A stretch of DNA of 64,000 bases from a virus, in IMG/VR virus record IMGVR_UViG_3300034018_003010; one strand, written 5' to 3'. The notes below the pieces were generated by a model. The model was not told the DNA's origin. It did no database searches and was given only the letters and a program-made list of their open reading frames with translations. Position 1 is the stretch's first letter, and each line of letters begins with the position of its first letter. The translations under genes and the position numbers were made by a program. Positions 30,563-38,926 of the stretch are shown here, in pieces.

Positions 30563-31339
30563 ATGATAGGAATAATTTTTGAAAACGAACAAGATATTAC
30601 CTCAGACATTTTAAATAATAAAAGTGTTAGAGTGCTAACCGAATCTGAAGTGCGATCAAATAGTTATAAGCAATTAATGAGTGAAATCAATTTAAATGCA
30701 ATAATTAAAATAAAATATGGAGAAGTAATTAGACCGCCTTTTAGTTTTAATCCTTTAAAAAATTCTTACATTATGATAAGCTCTGGGTCTTGGATAGATA
30801 AACAAAATAGATTATTAGGTCACGAATCTTCAAGCGAAGAATGTCAATCAATTCAAATAACATCTAAAAATAACAACCATCCTTTTTTATCAGAAGATCA
30901 ATTTGATCTTAAATTATCTTTTATAGAAAAAAATTATAATTATTTTTTAAATGAAAGTAAAAAAATTATTTTAAAACATGGAGTTACAAAACAAACAATA
31001 ATGCTTCTTTTTTATAGTGCAACAATTCTTGGAATAATAGAAAACAAAAGTAATGAAGCACTCAAATTTATAAGACAGGCTTTAGAAATAAAACCCGACT
31101 TTAGCGAATTTTATTCTATTGCTGGTGATATTTATTTAAAAAATGAAAACTATTCATTAGCAATAAATGCTTATGAGCAAAGTATTTTAAAATATGAAAT
31201 AAGAAACAAAAGAGACATTTTGCCTTTTTCATCAATTAGAAGTACAAATTATTGCAAAAATCAAATTGATGCAATAAAATCAAAATATGGAAAATCAAAA
31301 AAAATTGTTACGATCTTTGAGCCAAGAAAGCCCCCCTGA
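30563..31339 (+). CDS. TPR-containing hypothetical protein
   Basis: EALKFIRQALEIKPDFSEFYSIAGDIYLKNENYSLAINAYEQSI; the last residues and stop come from the IS scar. Confidence 0.7.
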   Translation: MIGIIFENEQDITSDILNNKSVRVLTESEVRSNSYKQLMSEINLNAIIKIKYGEVIRPPFSFNPLKNSYIMISSGSWIDKQNRLLGHESSSEECQSIQITSKNNNHPFLSEDQFDLKLSFIEKNYNYFLNESKKIILKHGVTKQTIMLLFYSATILGIIENKSNEALKFIRQALEIKPDFSEFYSIAGDIYLKNENYSLAINAYEQSILKYEIRNKRDILPFSSIRSTNYCKNQIDAIKSKYGKSKKIVTIFEPRKPP

Positions 31340-31362
31340 CTTCAGCCGGGGGAGGATGTCAA
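31315..31362 (+). mobile_element. 48-bp IS200/IS605-derived LE/RE chimeric scar (PATE-like)
   Basis: GAT|CTTTGAGCCAAGAAAGCCCCCCTGACTTCAGCCGGGGGAGGATGTCAA|; matches the tnpB left end at 63366 but ends in the RE-type TCAA. Confidence 0.85.
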
Positions 31363-31790
31363 ATTAAGTCAAGACTATTTATAACTACAGTTACTTGATC
31401 TTCATATCTTGATAATGTTACTTGTTTTCTTCCTTCTCTAAATTCTTGCAATCTTGCCTCTAGCTCCATTATATTGCAGCTAATCACACGCCAATTATTA
31501 ACAATTCTTGGTGGCTCAGATTGTTGCTGAACCACATTTTCTGGTTGCGGTTGTGGCGGCACTTGCTGCTCAATCTTTACAATATTTTTGTCGGGAAAAT
31601 ATTGTTGCAAAACATCTGAAGCTTCTGCAATTAATCTTTCAAAGAACTTCATATTGCAGCCGCAATTAATATTCGATCTTACTCTTGCAACGTCTACAGA
31701 TAGGCTTTCTGGAAGCTTAGAAACGAAGGCATCATCCTTCATTGCGTTTTTAATATCTAAAAGACTAAGAGGATTGCTTGCTTTCATCAT
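31359..31790 (-). CDS. Hypothetical protein
   Basis: 143 aa; AAGGAG SD; NINCGCN motif. Confidence 0.7.
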   Translation of the reverse strand: MMKASNPLSLLDIKNAMKDDAFVSKLPESLSVDVARVRSNINCGCNMKFFERLIAEASDVLQQYFPDKNIVKIEQQVPPQPQPENVVQQQSEPPRIVNNWRVISCNIMELEARLQEFREGRKQVTLSRYEDQVTVVINSLDLI

Positions 31791-32004
31791 TTTTTATCTC
31801 CTTCATTAACATGCCACAAACTTTGCATTTATAGATTAGCTTTTCTGGTAGAAAAGACGCTTTTTTGGTTTTTTTATTTTCATTGTCAAAATATGGAAGG
31901 TTTCTAATTATTTTTGTTCTTTTTATATATGCAACATCTTCTAAACTTTCCACTATGTGCTTTTTATTGCACTTCTCACACCAAAAAAATATATTAGAAC
32001 TCAT
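31765..32004 (-). CDS. Small Zn-ribbon protein
   Basis: From MSSNIFFWCEKC...YKCKVCG (two CxxC). Confidence 0.65.
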   Translation of the reverse strand: MSSNIFFWCEKCNKKHIVESLEDVAYIKRTKIIRNLPYFDNENKKTKKASFLPEKLIYKCKVCGMLMKEIKNDESKQSS

Positions 32005-32336
32005 TATTTTAATACAGTATTTGCTTCCAAAAATGTTAAAAAGTATGCCCAAAAATATGAAAGGCATGATCCGGCACAACCACACACAAAAACAAATCTC
32101 AAAGATGTCCAATCATTCAAAAAAATATTGTAATCAATACAACATAGCCCACAAATTATTCCAGACCAAAAACCACAACATTGATAACAATCAATAAGCT
32201 TCATAAAAAAATTAGGCATAAACTTGCCTAAAAATCCTTTTACAGGTTTCATTATTTCGCTATCTACAACTATTTGTGTAAAACCAATGCTTCCAAAAAT
32301 AAACACAACAACTTGAAGCAAATTATTTAATTCCAT
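32004..32336 (-). CDS. Membrane protein, DUF1360-like
   Basis: Hydrophobic helices and LIDCYQCCGFWSG (CxxCxxxW). Confidence 0.65.
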   Translation of the reverse strand: MELNNLLQVVVFIFGSIGFTQIVVDSEIMKPVKGFLGKFMPNFFMKLIDCYQCCGFWSGIICGLCCIDYNIFLNDWTSLRFVFVCGCAGSCLSYFWAYFLTFLEANTVLK

Positions 32337-32695
32337 ATTGTAACCTCAATTTTTTCATTATGTCTGTATATTGACATATCAATAAAATTATATGCTTGTG
32401 GCAAATCATTCTCCAAATTTTTCACACAAGATGAAAGATGTGTAAACATTTTTTTAAATTCCATAGAAAATTTAACTTTTTTTCCGATAACTTTTTCAAT
32501 AATTTGCAAATCTTTTTCATTTAAAACCATACATAATCTTGAAATTGCACTTTTCATTAGAGGCTTAAAGTTTGGATTCACAATTCCAAGTTTATAATCT
32601 ATAAATATTTCTTTATAATGATCTAGCTCTTTATACAACTGTTTATTTTGAAAGATTATTTCCTCTATATTATCAAAACTTAAAGTTATTTCCAT
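32327..32695 (-). CDS. Hypothetical protein
   Basis: 122-aa ORF in a coupled operon. Confidence 0.6.
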   Translation of the reverse strand: MEITLSFDNIEEIIFQNKQLYKELDHYKEIFIDYKLGIVNPNFKPLMKSAISRLCMVLNEKDLQIIEKVIGKKVKFSMEFKKMFTHLSSCVKNLENDLPQAYNFIDMSIYRHNEKIEVTIWN

Positions 32696-32734
32696 AGCAC
32701 TATATTAGTAGTATATTCAAAGGAGATTTAATCA

Positions 32735-33853
32735 ATGAACGATGATACTTTTAGACCGCAAGGTCATGGGCAGAATGTTCCAAATAACATACCTGTTAAT
32801 TCGCCAGCAAATAACACTGCGGCAGAGGGTGTGCGAATTTCTGGAAAGATACCAGCGGCCTTGCAAGCCGTTTTAAATTCTCAGCAAAATAGCGCAGAAG
32901 GACAGCCCTATTCTGTTCCTCCTGTCCAACCTCCTGTTCCTCCAATGCAGCAGCCTCCAGTGCAACCGCAGCCCAACAATTTTCAACAGCCGCAATATCA
33001 AGCTGCTCCTCAAACTTCTAATGCTACACCACAAAATGTTGCATATAGCAATTCCAATTTGAACGCTCTTCTTGAAAAATTAAAGGGCCAAAATTATGTC
33101 TATGAAGAAATTGTTTTGCCTTCTTTAGGTAAATTTTACGATGGCACCGATTGTCCAACCAATGGTGTTCTACACATTAGGCCAATGACTGGGGAAGATG
33201 AACAAATTTTGGCAACGCCTCGATTTGTCAAAAAAGGCCAAGCAATTAACATGATTTTTTCAAGATGTATTCAAGAACAAATTAAAGTTGCAGATTTACT
33301 TTCAGTAGATAGAACATTTTTGTTAATTTACTTACGAGGTATTTCTTATGGAACAGAATATGAAGTGGAAATTAAAGACCCAGATTCCGACCGTAAGTTC
33401 ACAACAGTAATAGATCTTGACACCTTGCCAGTTGAAAAATGCCCTGAAGATTTTGGATCAGATTTATCAGGGGTATTGCCAAAAAGCGGATTTAGATTTT
33501 CTTACAGATTTTCAAAAGGAAAAGACGAAACAGATTTGCAAGATCACAGAGACAGAAGACTCAAAATATCTGGTGACTCTGGATCAGATGATAGCCTTCT
33601 TTATAGAACAGCACAATTAGTTGAACAAATTGAAGGAATTACCAACAAAACAGAAATTGTTACCTTGCTTAGAAATCTTCCTATTCAAGACTTGACTTAT
33701 TTAAGAAACTTGGTTACAGAGCCTCCATTTGGAGTTGATACCAAAGTAACTATCATTTCTCCAGTTACATCAGACGAATTTACTATAGAATTGCCACTTG
33801 AAGCAAATTTTTTCTTCCCCCGCAATCGGAAAAAGGAGAAGACCCAAGCTTAG
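32735..33853 (+). CDS. Baseplate hub / tail assembly chaperone (T4 gp26-like) with Q/P-rich N-terminus
   Basis: LPSLG..IRPMTGEDEQIL..DLLSVDRTFLLIYLRGISYG..C-terminal LEANFFFP. Confidence 0.8.
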   Translation: MNDDTFRPQGHGQNVPNNIPVNSPANNTAAEGVRISGKIPAALQAVLNSQQNSAEGQPYSVPPVQPPVPPMQQPPVQPQPNNFQQPQYQAAPQTSNATPQNVAYSNSNLNALLEKLKGQNYVYEEIVLPSLGKFYDGTDCPTNGVLHIRPMTGEDEQILATPRFVKKGQAINMIFSRCIQEQIKVADLLSVDRTFLLIYLRGISYGTEYEVEIKDPDSDRKFTTVIDLDTLPVEKCPEDFGSDLSGVLPKSGFRFSYRFSKGKDETDLQDHRDRRLKISGDSGSDDSLLYRTAQLVEQIEGITNKTEIVTLLRNLPIQDLTYLRNLVTEPPFGVDTKVTIISPVTSDEFTIELPLEANFFFPRNRKKEKTQA

Positions 33854-33870
33854 TATTATGGAGAAATCTC

Positions 33871-34029
33871 ATGGATGAGATTTTCTTTTTTCAGTATCAT
33901 TTAAGGATTGACAAGTTCACATGGCAAAAATACGCTATAGTAGAAAGAAAATACCTAATAGATAAGTATATTCAACAAAAAGATATGGAACAGAAGCATT
34001 TAGAAAAGGAATCTAAGAGAAAAAGGTGA
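33871..34029 (+). CDS. Baseplate hub assembly protein (T4 gp51-like), 52 aa, not in ORF track; probably also reached by -1 frameshift
   Basis: MDEIFFFQYHLRIDKFTWQKYAIVERKYLIDKYIQQKDMEQKHLEKESKRKR*; frame open from 33802. Confidence 0.75.
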   Translation: MDEIFFFQYHLRIDKFTWQKYAIVERKYLIDKYIQQKDMEQKHLEKESKRKR

Positions 34030-34033
34030 TTAG

Positions 34034-34777
34034 ATGGGTGCCATAAAAGAACGATATCAAAATCCTGTGCAAGGTGATACTGTAATCCTTCGTTTGTTTT
34101 TTTACAACAGCAATAATTTTTCAAATGTTAGTAGCATTGATCAAGTAGAGTTGTTTTTAGTAGCGAAGGGAAGTTCTGCTAGTGATACATCAGCAAGAAC
34201 TTTAAAGAAAACGATTACGGGGGCAAGTGTAATTCAAGATGGCACAGGGCAATATTATATTGAAGTTGCTTTAGATTCTATTGATTTCGAAATAGGAAAT
34301 TACGTTGACGTTTGGACAGTTAATTTTACTGGTGACTTTAATGATACCGAACAAATAACAAATGTATTTACAATTTATCCAAATTTGTGGTACACCGCTC
34401 CAATTCCAGTTGTTTATGATTTTAACTTTCAATTTAGGCCAGCAAAAATAAGAAAGGGTTCTAAGAGATATATTATCATTCAAGTTACTCCGAATGTTCC
34501 TAAAGGCACAGACTTACAAAGATATTATGAAAACTTGGCAGTAGTTGGGAACCTTTTTGTTAGTATTGAGCAAAGAACAGGTGCTTGCTTGCCAGAAGAA
34601 ACAGATCTTAGAATGATAGCAGAAAAAGTTCCAGTAACTTTTAGAGAAATGATGTATGGATATTATCAAATTGATACAACAGATATGGAAATAGGAATTT
34701 ATGATATATGGTTTGAATTAGACCTTGGAGATAATGTTTACATATCTGACAGAAATCAAATCCAAATTTTTAATTGA
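34034..34777 (+). CDS. Probable beta-rich baseplate/virion protein
   Basis: GDTVILRLFF..QDGTGQYY..GNYVDVW; duplicated 'Y.IDT..GIYDIW' module. Confidence 0.55.
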   Translation: MGAIKERYQNPVQGDTVILRLFFYNSNNFSNVSSIDQVELFLVAKGSSASDTSARTLKKTITGASVIQDGTGQYYIEVALDSIDFEIGNYVDVWTVNFTGDFNDTEQITNVFTIYPNLWYTAPIPVVYDFNFQFRPAKIRKGSKRYIIIQVTPNVPKGTDLQRYYENLAVVGNLFVSIEQRTGACLPEETDLRMIAEKVPVTFREMMYGYYQIDTTDMEIGIYDIWFELDLGDNVYISDRNQIQIFN

Positions 34778-34821
34778 CATACTCCCCCGACTAAAGTCAG
34801 GGGGGATTTCTTGGCTCGAAG
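34774..34821 (-). mobile_element. 48-bp IS200/IS605-derived LE/RE chimeric scar (PATE-like)
   Basis: Minus strand GAT|CTTCGAGCCAAGAAATCCCCCCTGACTTTAGTCGGGGGAGTATGTCAA|; first 40 nt are 38/40 identical to 63366-63405. Confidence 0.88.
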
Positions 34822-34824
34822 ATC

Positions 34825-35370
34825 TTAAGGATTTTCGAAAAAATAATTATCTTCCAGCTTTAGTAATTCAGCAAGCTTAATCGCAGTCCACTCTCTGTAA
34901 ATTATTTTATACTTATATTCGCCTTGCATGTTGTTTGTTTTTACAAAAGCAATCCAAGGCTTTCTATCTTTTTTCCAAAGTAGCATTGGCATCTTTCCGG
35001 TTCTTTTACTTTCATCTTGCACTTGTTCTAAAAAAGAATCTAAATCTGAAATGCCATCTTCAAATACAGAATTTAAATCAATTTTGTTATAACCACCTTT
35101 TGATTCTAAAACAAACTTAAATCCTTTTGGGCAGCATATGTCGCCACTAAATGTTTCCTTTGCATGGGTTGGCAAGTTTTTAACCTGTCCCCATCTATTT
35201 CCAGAGCCAACGCTACGACTAAAAGATTCTGCGTATCCTTTGAATCTATCATTTAAAACGGCAACAAGCTCTCTTTCAACACGCTTGCCCTTACGGTTGC
35301 CATTTACACCTTTCTTTTTGTTTTTAAATTTTTCAACATGATAAGCATCATCTAAATCATCAAAATTCAT
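34825..35370 (-). CDS. Holliday junction resolvase (Hjc-like PD-(D/E)xK)
   Basis: KGKRVEREL..SRSVGSG..GDI..FVLESK..PMLLWKKDRKPW. Confidence 0.8.
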   Translation of the reverse strand: MNFDDLDDAYHVEKFKNKKKGVNGNRKGKRVERELVAVLNDRFKGYAESFSRSVGSGNRWGQVKNLPTHAKETFSGDICCPKGFKFVLESKGGYNKIDLNSVFEDGISDLDSFLEQVQDESKRTGKMPMLLWKKDRKPWIAFVKTNNMQGEYKYKIIYREWTAIKLAELLKLEDNYFFENP

Positions 35371-35389
35371 AATTATCCTAGATTCTAGA

Positions 35390-36388
35390 TTATTGTGATA
35401 AAAACTCAAGCTTAATAGAGTCTGATATTATATTTATTTGATCTAGATAAGTAATAATATCATCAACTTCTTTATCTGAAATCGAATTGTTTTCAATGCA
35501 TATTTTAATTCCAGACTCTATTTCTAGAAGCTTCTCTTTTGCTGCACACAGGTGATCTAAAACACTTTGGTGTTGTAAATTTTTAACTTGTTTTTTAGAA
35601 GAATCTGGGCTTATTATTTCTGTCTCCTTTGCAAAATAACTTTTAATGTTTATAACACTATTATTTAGTTCAAAACAAAATATTTCATATGGTTTTATAT
35701 TATAAAAGTTTTTATAAAAATCAAATTCAAAACCTTTAGATTTCAATGTATTAATAGATGATAAAAATATTTCAAAAGTACTAAAAAATATAATTTGACC
35801 ACATTCTTTTCTAACATCTAAAAAGAATAATGGTCTATGTTTGTTTCTTGTTAATATTAATTTTTTAATTTTATAATTAGATTCAGCATAAGCTATAGAA
35901 AAATAACTATTTTTTGTATTATCAAACAAATACTTAATATTATTAAATATATTATTATCTTTTTCTAATACTCTTAATATTATTTCAGAATCGCATTCTG
36001 TTTTTACAGAATTTAATATTTTAAGATTTTGATATTCTTTAAAATTAATTAAACCATTATGTATAATTGCTTTTTTATAATCATCACTAACAAAAGGATG
36101 GTTGTTTTCATTTTCTGATGGTAATCCAACTCCTGTAGATGCTGCTCGACAATGAAATATTCCTAAATCTAAATTTTCTTCCCAAATATCTTGATAATGT
36201 TTTGTTTTTATAATATCTTTGCTTGGACCTGGTTGCTTGTAATAATAAACATTTCCATTTGTTGAACAGCAATAAAAACCAGCAGCATCTATGCCACGAA
36301 CTTGCATGGTTTCGTAAAGTTCTGTAATCAGAATACGACTTTTGTTTTGGTCTGTGCTTTCGCCTATAAATCCTAATATTCCACACAT
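35390..36388 (-). CDS. Class II glutamine amidotransferase domain protein
   Basis: MCGILG N-terminal nucleophile Cys; RGIDAAG; HCRAAS; NNHPF; HNG; CDSE. Confidence 0.92.
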   Translation of the reverse strand: MCGILGFIGESTDQNKSRILITELYETMQVRGIDAAGFYCCSTNGNVYYYKQPGPSKDIIKTKHYQDIWEENLDLGIFHCRAASTGVGLPSENENNHPFVSDDYKKAIIHNGLINFKEYQNLKILNSVKTECDSEIILRVLEKDNNIFNNIKYLFDNTKNSYFSIAYAESNYKIKKLILTRNKHRPLFFLDVRKECGQIIFFSTFEIFLSSINTLKSKGFEFDFYKNFYNIKPYEIFCFELNNSVINIKSYFAKETEIISPDSSKKQVKNLQHQSVLDHLCAAKEKLLEIESGIKICIENNSISDKEVDDIITYLDQINIISDSIKLEFLSQ

Positions 36389-36393
36389 TAATA

Positions 36394-36915
36394 TTAAATA
36401 GCGTTGGGATTTTGAATTTCAGATGGCTCTCCAAGAGGAGGAGCACCAGATGTATCAAATCCAGATATAGGTTGAGCCTGTGGATTTATATCAACAGGTT
36501 GTTTTTCGGTATTTCCAGAATCAGGAGTTTGACTTGTTTGAGATTCTTTTCCAGAAGTTCCCAAATCATTCAAAGGAACATTCAATTTCATCGCTATACT
36601 TTTGATTTCTTCAACAGAATCGGAAAGAACTTTTTCAAAATCATCTTTTTCTTCTAGCAGCTTAGATAATGCAATTCCTACTTTTTGAAGATTTTTAAAA
36701 TATTTTTTATTACTAGAGTCCCAATGACCTCTAAGTATAGATTGTATATTGGAAATAATTGTTTCAATTGTATTGCAAGTTGTTGTCATTCCAATATCTT
36801 TATAATTTTCTTGCAATTCTTGTAAATCTTTTAACAAATTACCAATTTTATCTCCTAATAGTTGGAGATTTTCTAATATTATAAATTTTTTGAAATTTAA
36901 CATTTCATTGTACAT
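36394..36915 (-). CDS. Hypothetical protein with capsid-targeting-like N-terminus
   Basis: MLNFKKFIILEN. Confidence 0.65.
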   Translation of the reverse strand: MYNEMLNFKKFIILENLQLLGDKIGNLLKDLQELQENYKDIGMTTTCNTIETIISNIQSILRGHWDSSNKKYFKNLQKVGIALSKLLEEKDDFEKVLSDSVEEIKSIAMKLNVPLNDLGTSGKESQTSQTPDSGNTEKQPVDINPQAQPISGFDTSGAPPLGEPSEIQNPNAI

Positions 36916-36925
36916 AAAAAACTCT

Positions 36926-38572
36926 TTAATATGATATATTGGTATTTAGTGCTTCACCTTTCTTCTTTGCAGCATTTTCTACCAATCCAACAAATAAAGG
37001 ACTAGCTGCGGTCAATCTAGATTTGAATTCTGGGTGAGCTTGAGTAGCAACAAAATATGGATGAACAGATTTGTCCATCTCCATAATTTCAATAAGATTC
37101 GATTCTGGATTCCTTCCTGATACCACAAAACCTTTTGAAGCAAATTCCAACCTACTAACCAATTCGCTATTAACCTCATAACGATGACGATGTCTTTCGG
37201 ATATGTTCTTCTTCTTGTAATATTCACTTGCCAAGGAATCTTTTGCAACCTCACAAGAATAAGATCCAAGTCGCATTGTACCAGACTTTTTCTTAATAGA
37301 TTCTTGACCGGGAATAAAATGCACAACAGGATGCGTTGTGCTCTTGTCAAATTCTTCAGAGTTTGCGTCTTCCCAGCCTATGCTTCTGGCAAATTCAATT
37401 ACAGCACATTGCAATCCAAGACAGATTCCCAAGAATGGTATCTTCTTTTCTCGAACATATTTGATTGCTCTTATTTTACCTTCTACACCACGACTATCAA
37501 ATCCTCCAGGAACGATAAGGCCATCAATGTCGTTAAAAAATTCCTTAAGACACTTGGAATCCTTGCAATCTTCTACCTGCGCAGCGTTAATCCATGATAT
37601 ATCAACTTTTACATTTTTATTTACAGCAGCATGAAATACAGCCTCTTTAAGACTCAAATAAGCTTCATCAAAGTTGTCATACTTGTTTAATATTCCAATC
37701 CTAATTGTCTTCAAATCTTTATTTCCAATATATTTTTCTACCAAGTCACGATACTTGTGAATCCTGACACCATTTCTAGTCAAATGAAACTTATCAATAA
37801 TCAAATCGTCAACATGCCTGTTGTAAAATTCAATTGGAACTTGATAAACGGTAGGAACATCTGGTGCTTCAAATACCGCAGAACGAGGAACATTAGTTAT
37901 ATTTGAAATCTTTTCCATAATCTGATTTGGTATCTGCCTATCTGTTCGACAGAATAATATCTCAGGTTGCAAACCGCTGCTTTGCATACTTTGAACGGCT
38001 TGTTGTAAAGGCTTGGTTTTGAATTCCTTTATTGTTGGAATCCAAAGAACAGGAGCCACCAAAGAAACAATTACATCATTGGCATTCTTTTGTTTAAACT
38101 GCCGTATTGCTTCTAAAAATGGATAAGCCTCTGAATCCCCTACTGTACCTCCAATTTCAACTAAAACTATATCTGCGTCTTTTCCTAAGTCTTTAAGCCT
38201 GTCAATTATCTTGTTAGTAACATGAGGAACAACTTGAACAGTCTGTCCCAAATACTTGCCTTCTTCTTGCTCTTGTATTATCTCTTTATATACAGTGCCA
38301 GAAGTTAATATATTCTTAGAGCTAACTTGACAACCAATGATTCTTTCATAGGTTCCCAAATCAAGATCTGTTTCACTGCCATCGTCGCACAAAAACACCT
38401 CTCCATGCTCTCTAGGAGCAAGGATGCCAGCATTTGTATTCAAGTAAGGATCAAACTTAATAGGGACTATTTTTAAGCCTCTAAGACTCAAAAGAAGACC
38501 CAAGCTGGCTATAGACACGCCTTTACCTGTGCCGCTTATTACCCCACCACAGACTACAATGTATTTAGCCAT
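36926..38572 (-). CDS. pyrG: CTP synthase
   Basis: KYIVVCGGVISGTGKG, KFDPYLN, HGEVF, EIGGTVGD, KTKP, PGGF..RG, GICLG, ERHRHRYEVN, QAHPEF. Confidence 0.98.
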   Translation of the reverse strand: MAKYIVVCGGVISGTGKGVSIASLGLLLSLRGLKIVPIKFDPYLNTNAGILAPREHGEVFLCDDGSETDLDLGTYERIIGCQVSSKNILTSGTVYKEIIQEQEEGKYLGQTVQVVPHVTNKIIDRLKDLGKDADIVLVEIGGTVGDSEAYPFLEAIRQFKQKNANDVIVSLVAPVLWIPTIKEFKTKPLQQAVQSMQSSGLQPEILFCRTDRQIPNQIMEKISNITNVPRSAVFEAPDVPTVYQVPIEFYNRHVDDLIIDKFHLTRNGVRIHKYRDLVEKYIGNKDLKTIRIGILNKYDNFDEAYLSLKEAVFHAAVNKNVKVDISWINAAQVEDCKDSKCLKEFFNDIDGLIVPGGFDSRGVEGKIRAIKYVREKKIPFLGICLGLQCAVIEFARSIGWEDANSEEFDKSTTHPVVHFIPGQESIKKKSGTMRLGSYSCEVAKDSLASEYYKKKNISERHRHRYEVNSELVSRLEFASKGFVVSGRNPESNLIEIMEMDKSVHPYFVATQAHPEFKSRLTAASPLFVGLVENAAKKKGEALNTNISY

Positions 38573-38603
38573 TTATTAATCCTTGAGTGATACCATAAAA
38601 TAC

Positions 38604-38637
38604 AAAAAAAGCGGAAGCCATTCAATAGCTTCCGCTT
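38604..38637 (-). terminator. Rho-independent terminator (minus strand)
   Basis: GCGGAAGC..GCTTCCGC with an A7 run on the + strand. Confidence 0.8.
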
Positions 38638-38670
38638 AATTTAAATTAGTTTGTTTTATTTTAAAAAAAA

Positions 38671-38925
38671 TCAAACGCTAAAATCGTCTGTTTCTTCAAA
38701 AAACTTACAACCTTGATCCTCGAATGTCAAAAGACCTCTTCTTGGACTATGTCTGTTTTTGCAAACGCCCCAATCTTTACCCAAATCACCTTGCAATTTC
38801 AAAAAGTGTTTGCAATTACAAGAGCAATCAGGACCATAGTCTTCTTCTCTAGACCTTTTGCCCCAAGGCTGAAAATCTGAATCCAACTTTATTAAAACCA
38901 TATCTAATTGTTTCCGCTTTTCCAT
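38671..38925 (-). CDS. Cys-rich protein, DUF3027-like
   Basis: CSCNCKHFLKLQGDLGKDWGVCKNRHSPRRGLLTFEDQGC. Confidence 0.7.
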   Translation of the reverse strand: MEKRKQLDMVLIKLDSDFQPWGKRSREEDYGPDCSCNCKHFLKLQGDLGKDWGVCKNRHSPRRGLLTFEDQGCKFFEETDDFSV

Positions 38926-38926
38926 A

